DNA of 64,000 nucleotides, taken from the sequence record PQ303785.1, one strand, 5' to 3'. Position 1 is the first letter of the stretch; every line of letters begins with the position of its first letter. Below the pieces are notes generated by a model, which saw nothing but the letters and a program-made list of their open reading frames with translations, was not told the origin of the DNA and searched no databases. The position numbers and the translations under genes are program-made. Below, piece by piece: positions 60,361-64,000 of the stretch. This DNA is from Escherichia phage LYE-01.

Positions 60361-61365
60361 TTAAAATGTAAACAGAATATTGATTTCTTCCGTTTGATCC
60401 ATTGCCATAATAATAGGTGGCCTATTTTCCATATAAATCATTTCGCCCGAATGCCTCATTAAATCTTCCGGATCATAGTAATCCTTTTCAGCTTTAACGT
60501 TTGGGTCATTTGGATGAACTTTAGCTTCAAGAGGATTCGTGATTATCGATATTTGTCTAAATCCTTTATTTCCTGGCAATGCAGCTTCAGGAAAATAAAC
60601 TGAATCTAAGTATGCTTTAAAACGAATAGTATTTGCCTTAACCCGGTAAATTAATCCAAAATCATCTTGCTGCCAAGTGAGGTTATCTTCATACCCCCAT
60701 CTAGTCGGATCTTCTTTTAATTCCTCAGGCCAAGGAACCACGATATATTCATTCGTGCATCTGTTTATAGATACATCAGGCGGAATCTCAAAAAGATATT
60801 CCCATACATACCCGTCTCCAGGTTCGATTGTTCCTTCCGCGTCTCCTCGACCTTCAGGAGGAGTCATTGACCTAACAGAAGGAGTCCATTTTCCACCTAA
60901 CTTAAGGCATTCATCCTTATTAGTTAAAGACTCAATTGAACACATTCCGGTATCAGGAACATCTAAACAACGATATACTAACCAGCCTGCGCCTGATTCG
61001 GTAGCGTTGTAAGGAGCTGAGTTACACACTACAATATCGTTAATTCTAAATGTGTATGGATCCGGATATCTAGTATCTCCCCAATCTCGACGAGGAATAA
61101 CTGCATCAAGCATAGATGGAAGAACCTTCACGGTTCCCATCATATGAGTCCACATGTCAGTTACACCTAACACAGAATCGGTGGGATAAGGTGGGGCAAA
61201 TCCCACCTCATTTTCGTTTGATGACCACGGTTCTGATCTTCCAAATGTAATAAAGATAGTGTTTTTATCCGGACCACTTCCAATTGAATTATAAAAATTC
61301 AACATTTTTTCTGTTCTAAATTTTGAAGTAACTATCGCACGATAGATAACACTTGAATCATTCAT
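60361..61365 (-). CDS. 8: baseplate wedge protein gp8
   Basis: 334 aa, size and synteny. Confidence 0.9.
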   Translation of the reverse strand: MNDSSVIYRAIVTSKFRTEKMLNFYNSIGSGPDKNTIFITFGRSEPWSSNENEVGFAPPYPTDSVLGVTDMWTHMMGTVKVLPSMLDAVIPRRDWGDTRYPDPYTFRINDIVVCNSAPYNATESGAGWLVYRCLDVPDTGMCSIESLTNKDECLKLGGKWTPSVRSMTPPEGRGDAEGTIEPGDGYVWEYLFEIPPDVSINRCTNEYIVVPWPEELKEDPTRWGYEDNLTWQQDDFGLIYRVKANTIRFKAYLDSVYFPEAALPGNKGFRQISIITNPLEAKVHPNDPNVKAEKDYYDPEDLMRHSGEMIYMENRPPIIMAMDQTEEINILFTF

Positions 61366-64000
61366 CTATTTTAACCTGTGTTGGATTTTCAGGGTCTCTT
61401 GGATTTCCTATATTATCTTTTAGACGTTTATTAACTAAATCCCTAAATTGTGCAAATGTTGTTCCAGATGCATCAAATAGAGGACTCATTAATTTACGTC
61501 GTTCAGAAGGCAATTGACCTTGAAATATTGAATTATTATTTTCAGCATTATAGTCATCAGGAAGAGGATATTCTACGCCAGCCATTGGGCCAGGTTCATA
61601 AATTGCTTCGCCTGTTACTGAATCATGCTCAATTTCACCGGTTGGAGTCAATTTAGCTACTCTATCAGCGTATTCAGTAGGCAATCCAGAATCCCATTTA
61701 TAGTTTTTGTATTTATTAATTATAGTCTCTGTATGTTTAAGAGTTAAACCAACATTAATAAACATTGTTAAAAGAGTAATTGCTATAAATCCAAATCCTA
61801 CTGGATGAACAAAACGAATAACGTCAGATTTCCAGCGGGAAGAAGGTAAATTGGATTTAATTTTCATTACATAATATGATCTACTTCTATTAATATAGTC
61901 TATATTATTTTGAAGCAAATCCTTTCCTTTAACCCCGCGAATAATTTCGCCTTCGAAACTAGGGAGTCTTTCTGCTTTAACTTCTTGACCGGCAATTAAT
62001 CTTCCTAAAAGATTATGAATAGTTACGGTCCATTGCAATTTACCATTAGAATAGCTTCTTTCTATATAAGTAACATTACATCTTCCTGTAGCTGTATAAA
62101 TCGTTTGTCCTACTAAGTCTTCGGTCAAAGAATCAGATTGAACGATTATATCATATTCAGTACCAGCCCCAGATTCAATTTCAATTTCAACTTCTTCATT
62201 ATAAAGAACTTTAAAAAGAAATTTGTATGATGCTTCAATTCCTTTAGTAGAATAAAAATCATAGCTACGTGATTCAAAAAATCTTGCAACAGCATCACGT
62301 TTATCAGCATTTAAATAAATGTTTCTTTTATATATCTCTGACCACAAATATTCCCATGCATGCTCTTCTCGCGGATATTGATTACGAATTAAATTTCGTA
62401 AATTATTATACTGAGTTCCATATCCATCAGAAAGATACTGAATATATGCTTCGCAGAATGCCTCAAAATTAGAATCCTGTAGCAAATAAGAATCAGGCAT
62501 CATTGTGCCAATCAATGGTCTTAAATCAGGATCAGCTAATCCATGCTCTTCTTCCGGTGACCAAGGAGTTTCACGCTCTTGGTTTTGTAAAAATGCTTTT
62601 AAAAATATTCCAGTTGGCTTCCAAATTATTTCAACCGTGTCTCTCACTCGATAGTTAAAATCATAGTAAGAAATTATTTCACCAGAAGATTTATAAAAAA
62701 GCATCCCAGACGCATATTTTTTAAATCCCGTGAATTTAACATTTGGCATTACTATAGTGCAATCGCCGTCATCCCAGTATTCATGAACTAATCTATCTGG
62801 CGATGTTTCTGGAAAATTTTCAATAACTTTGGTATATTTTAAATCAGCATAAACTACTACAGCTCTGTCAGAGTTGTTTATCCAACAGCGTGTGTTAGAT
62901 TTTTTAGACCAGTTAAAGAATGGTTCTGCATAGTATTTCATCGGCTGAGGCGTAAAAGTTTCCCAATCAGATTTTTCATCTGCTATAAATGCCATCATAT
63001 GATAATGCTTATCAGCTAACCATTCACGTGGAAATTCATATTTAACAGCACCGATTAACTGATATTTCACCACAGTTTCAGGGTCATTAACAATGTTATC
63101 ACTTAAAAATTTAAAATTACTCGAAGACAGAGAAACTAATTTACCATCAGTTGACATATTTGCATATCCGGGTTGAATACGTCTTCTTTCTTCTTCAGTG
63201 TTGCCAAAAACTCTTTTCCATGTTTTCGTGCCATGATTTAAAACATATATTCCTTTATCAGCAGAATCAATTATTTTTGATGTTCTAGGATTAGCATTTA
63301 ATGTTTCAACTTCTCCAATAATAAGAGCAAAAACTTTATCACCGATAGAATCCATTTTATAGCATACTGCTTTAGGATTTCCGGTTATAGTCATTGTATC
63401 AGGTTCAAAAAGTCTTTCCGAATATGTTGGAGATAATGGGTCAGAATCTATGGGCGCATTACTCGTTTTTATGTATCTAACTTTGTCTCTGGCGACAACG
63501 TAAATGTAATCATCAGTGCAAGTAATAGCTTCTGCAATGCGGTATACATTCGCTGGTAATGTAGCATAAGTACCAAATATTTCAACATCAAATCCCAAAT
63601 GAAGTTGATCTCCAAGTTTAGCAAATGTTATATCCTGCGAACTAAATCTAACATCATCAGCTGACCATCTAACATCAGTAGATTTGCGGCCGTAGAAAAT
63701 CTTGTCGTATCCTAGAACGTATGTTGTGTTTGCAGATTGGTAATATACAGTCTTAGATAAAGGATATCCTACACGATCATTGAAGAGCTTTACGGCTTTC
63801 CAGGTTTGTCCTTTATCATTAGATACTTTAACTACAGGTTGATAACGCTCAAAAAGATATAGAATCCCTTCTGATTCCATCAAATAAACTCTGTTAATAT
63901 CCTTACATACTTGCTGAATAGAACCTTGTATTTCATGATACTCATTTTCACCAATAATAAAATTACTTATTGATGAAACATCAGCATATGATGGGCTGAA
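61358..64000 (-). CDS. 7: baseplate wedge initiator gp7, partial (N-terminus beyond window end)
   Basis: Open frame continues without stop to position 64000; T4 gp7 is about 1032 aa, about 880 aa lie in the window. Confidence 0.85.
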   Translation of the reverse strand, partial: FSPSYADVSSISNFIIGENEYHEIQGSIQQVCKDINRVYLMESEGILYLFERYQPVVKVSNDKGQTWKAVKLFNDRVGYPLSKTVYYQSANTTYVLGYDKIFYGRKSTDVRWSADDVRFSSQDITFAKLGDQLHLGFDVEIFGTYATLPANVYRIAEAITCTDDYIYVVARDKVRYIKTSNAPIDSDPLSPTYSERLFEPDTMTITGNPKAVCYKMDSIGDKVFALIIGEVETLNANPRTSKIIDSADKGIYVLNHGTKTWKRVFGNTEEERRRIQPGYANMSTDGKLVSLSSSNFKFLSDNIVNDPETVVKYQLIGAVKYEFPREWLADKHYHMMAFIADEKSDWETFTPQPMKYYAEPFFNWSKKSNTRCWINNSDRAVVVYADLKYTKVIENFPETSPDRLVHEYWDDGDCTIVMPNVKFTGFKKYASGMLFYKSSGEIISYYDFNYRVRDTVEIIWKPTGIFLKAFLQNQERETPWSPEEEHGLADPDLRPLIGTMMPDSYLLQDSNFEAFCEAYIQYLSDGYGTQYNNLRNLIRNQYPREEHAWEYLWSEIYKRNIYLNADKRDAVARFFESRSYDFYSTKGIEASYKFLFKVLYNEEVEIEIESGAGTEYDIIVQSDSLTEDLVGQTIYTATGRCNVTYIERSYSNGKLQWTVTIHNLLGRLIAGQEVKAERLPSFEGEIIRGVKGKDLLQNNIDYINRSRSYYVMKIKSNLPSSRWKSDVIRFVHPVGFGFIAITLLTMFINVGLTLKHTETIINKYKNYKWDSGLPTEYADRVAKLTPTGEIEHDSVTGEAIYEPGPMAGVEYPLPDDYNAENNNSIFQGQLPSERRKLMSPLFDASGTTFAQFRDLVNKRLKDNIGNPRDPENPTQVKIDE

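Overview
The window is a contiguous segment of a T4-like (T-even, Tequatrovirus-type) myovirus genome, colinear with the phage T4 map. Gene identities rest on my recall of T4 protein sequences and lengths; no database search was run. The + strand (1 to ~25.5 kb) carries the early/middle block: gene 32 (3' end), small frd-upstream ORFs, frd, td, nrdA, nrdB, denA, rnlA (gene 63), alc, pseT, cd, gene 31, rIII, the 30.x ORFs, DNA ligase (gene 30) and two tandem Alt-like ADP-ribosyltransferases. The rest is the late morphogenesis block, mostly on the - strand: 54, 48, 29, 28, 27, 51, then 26, 25, uvsY (+), uvsW (-), inh, hoc, rnlB (+), then 24, 23, 22, 21, 68, 67, 20, 19, 18, 17, 16, 15, 14, 13, wac, 12, 11, 10, 9, 8 and gene 7 (truncated at the window edge). 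Regulatory signals are dense: six early promoter plus stem-loop modules, T4-type middle promoters, TATAAATA late promoters, and many GC hairpin terminators. I did not find a clearly new multi-gene system; most of the window is well-characterised T4 core. The best candidates for novelty are: (1) a 417-bp insertion with a 9-bp direct repeat that splits the normally overlapping frd/td junction and carries an unknown ORF; (2) tandem Alt-like R-S-EXE ADP-ribosyltransferase paralogs behind a late promoter; (3) a NADAR/YbiA-like ORF in the 30.x cluster; (4) an HNH homing-endonuclease insertion between genes 18 and 19; (5) a near-identical early promoter copy driving a small ORF wedged between alt and gene 54. 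td and nrdB are uninterrupted (no group I introns) and the nrdA/nrdB, 23/24 and inh/uvsW junctions have no room for T4's mobE, segD or segE, so this is a homing-endonuclease-poor relative rather than T4 itself.
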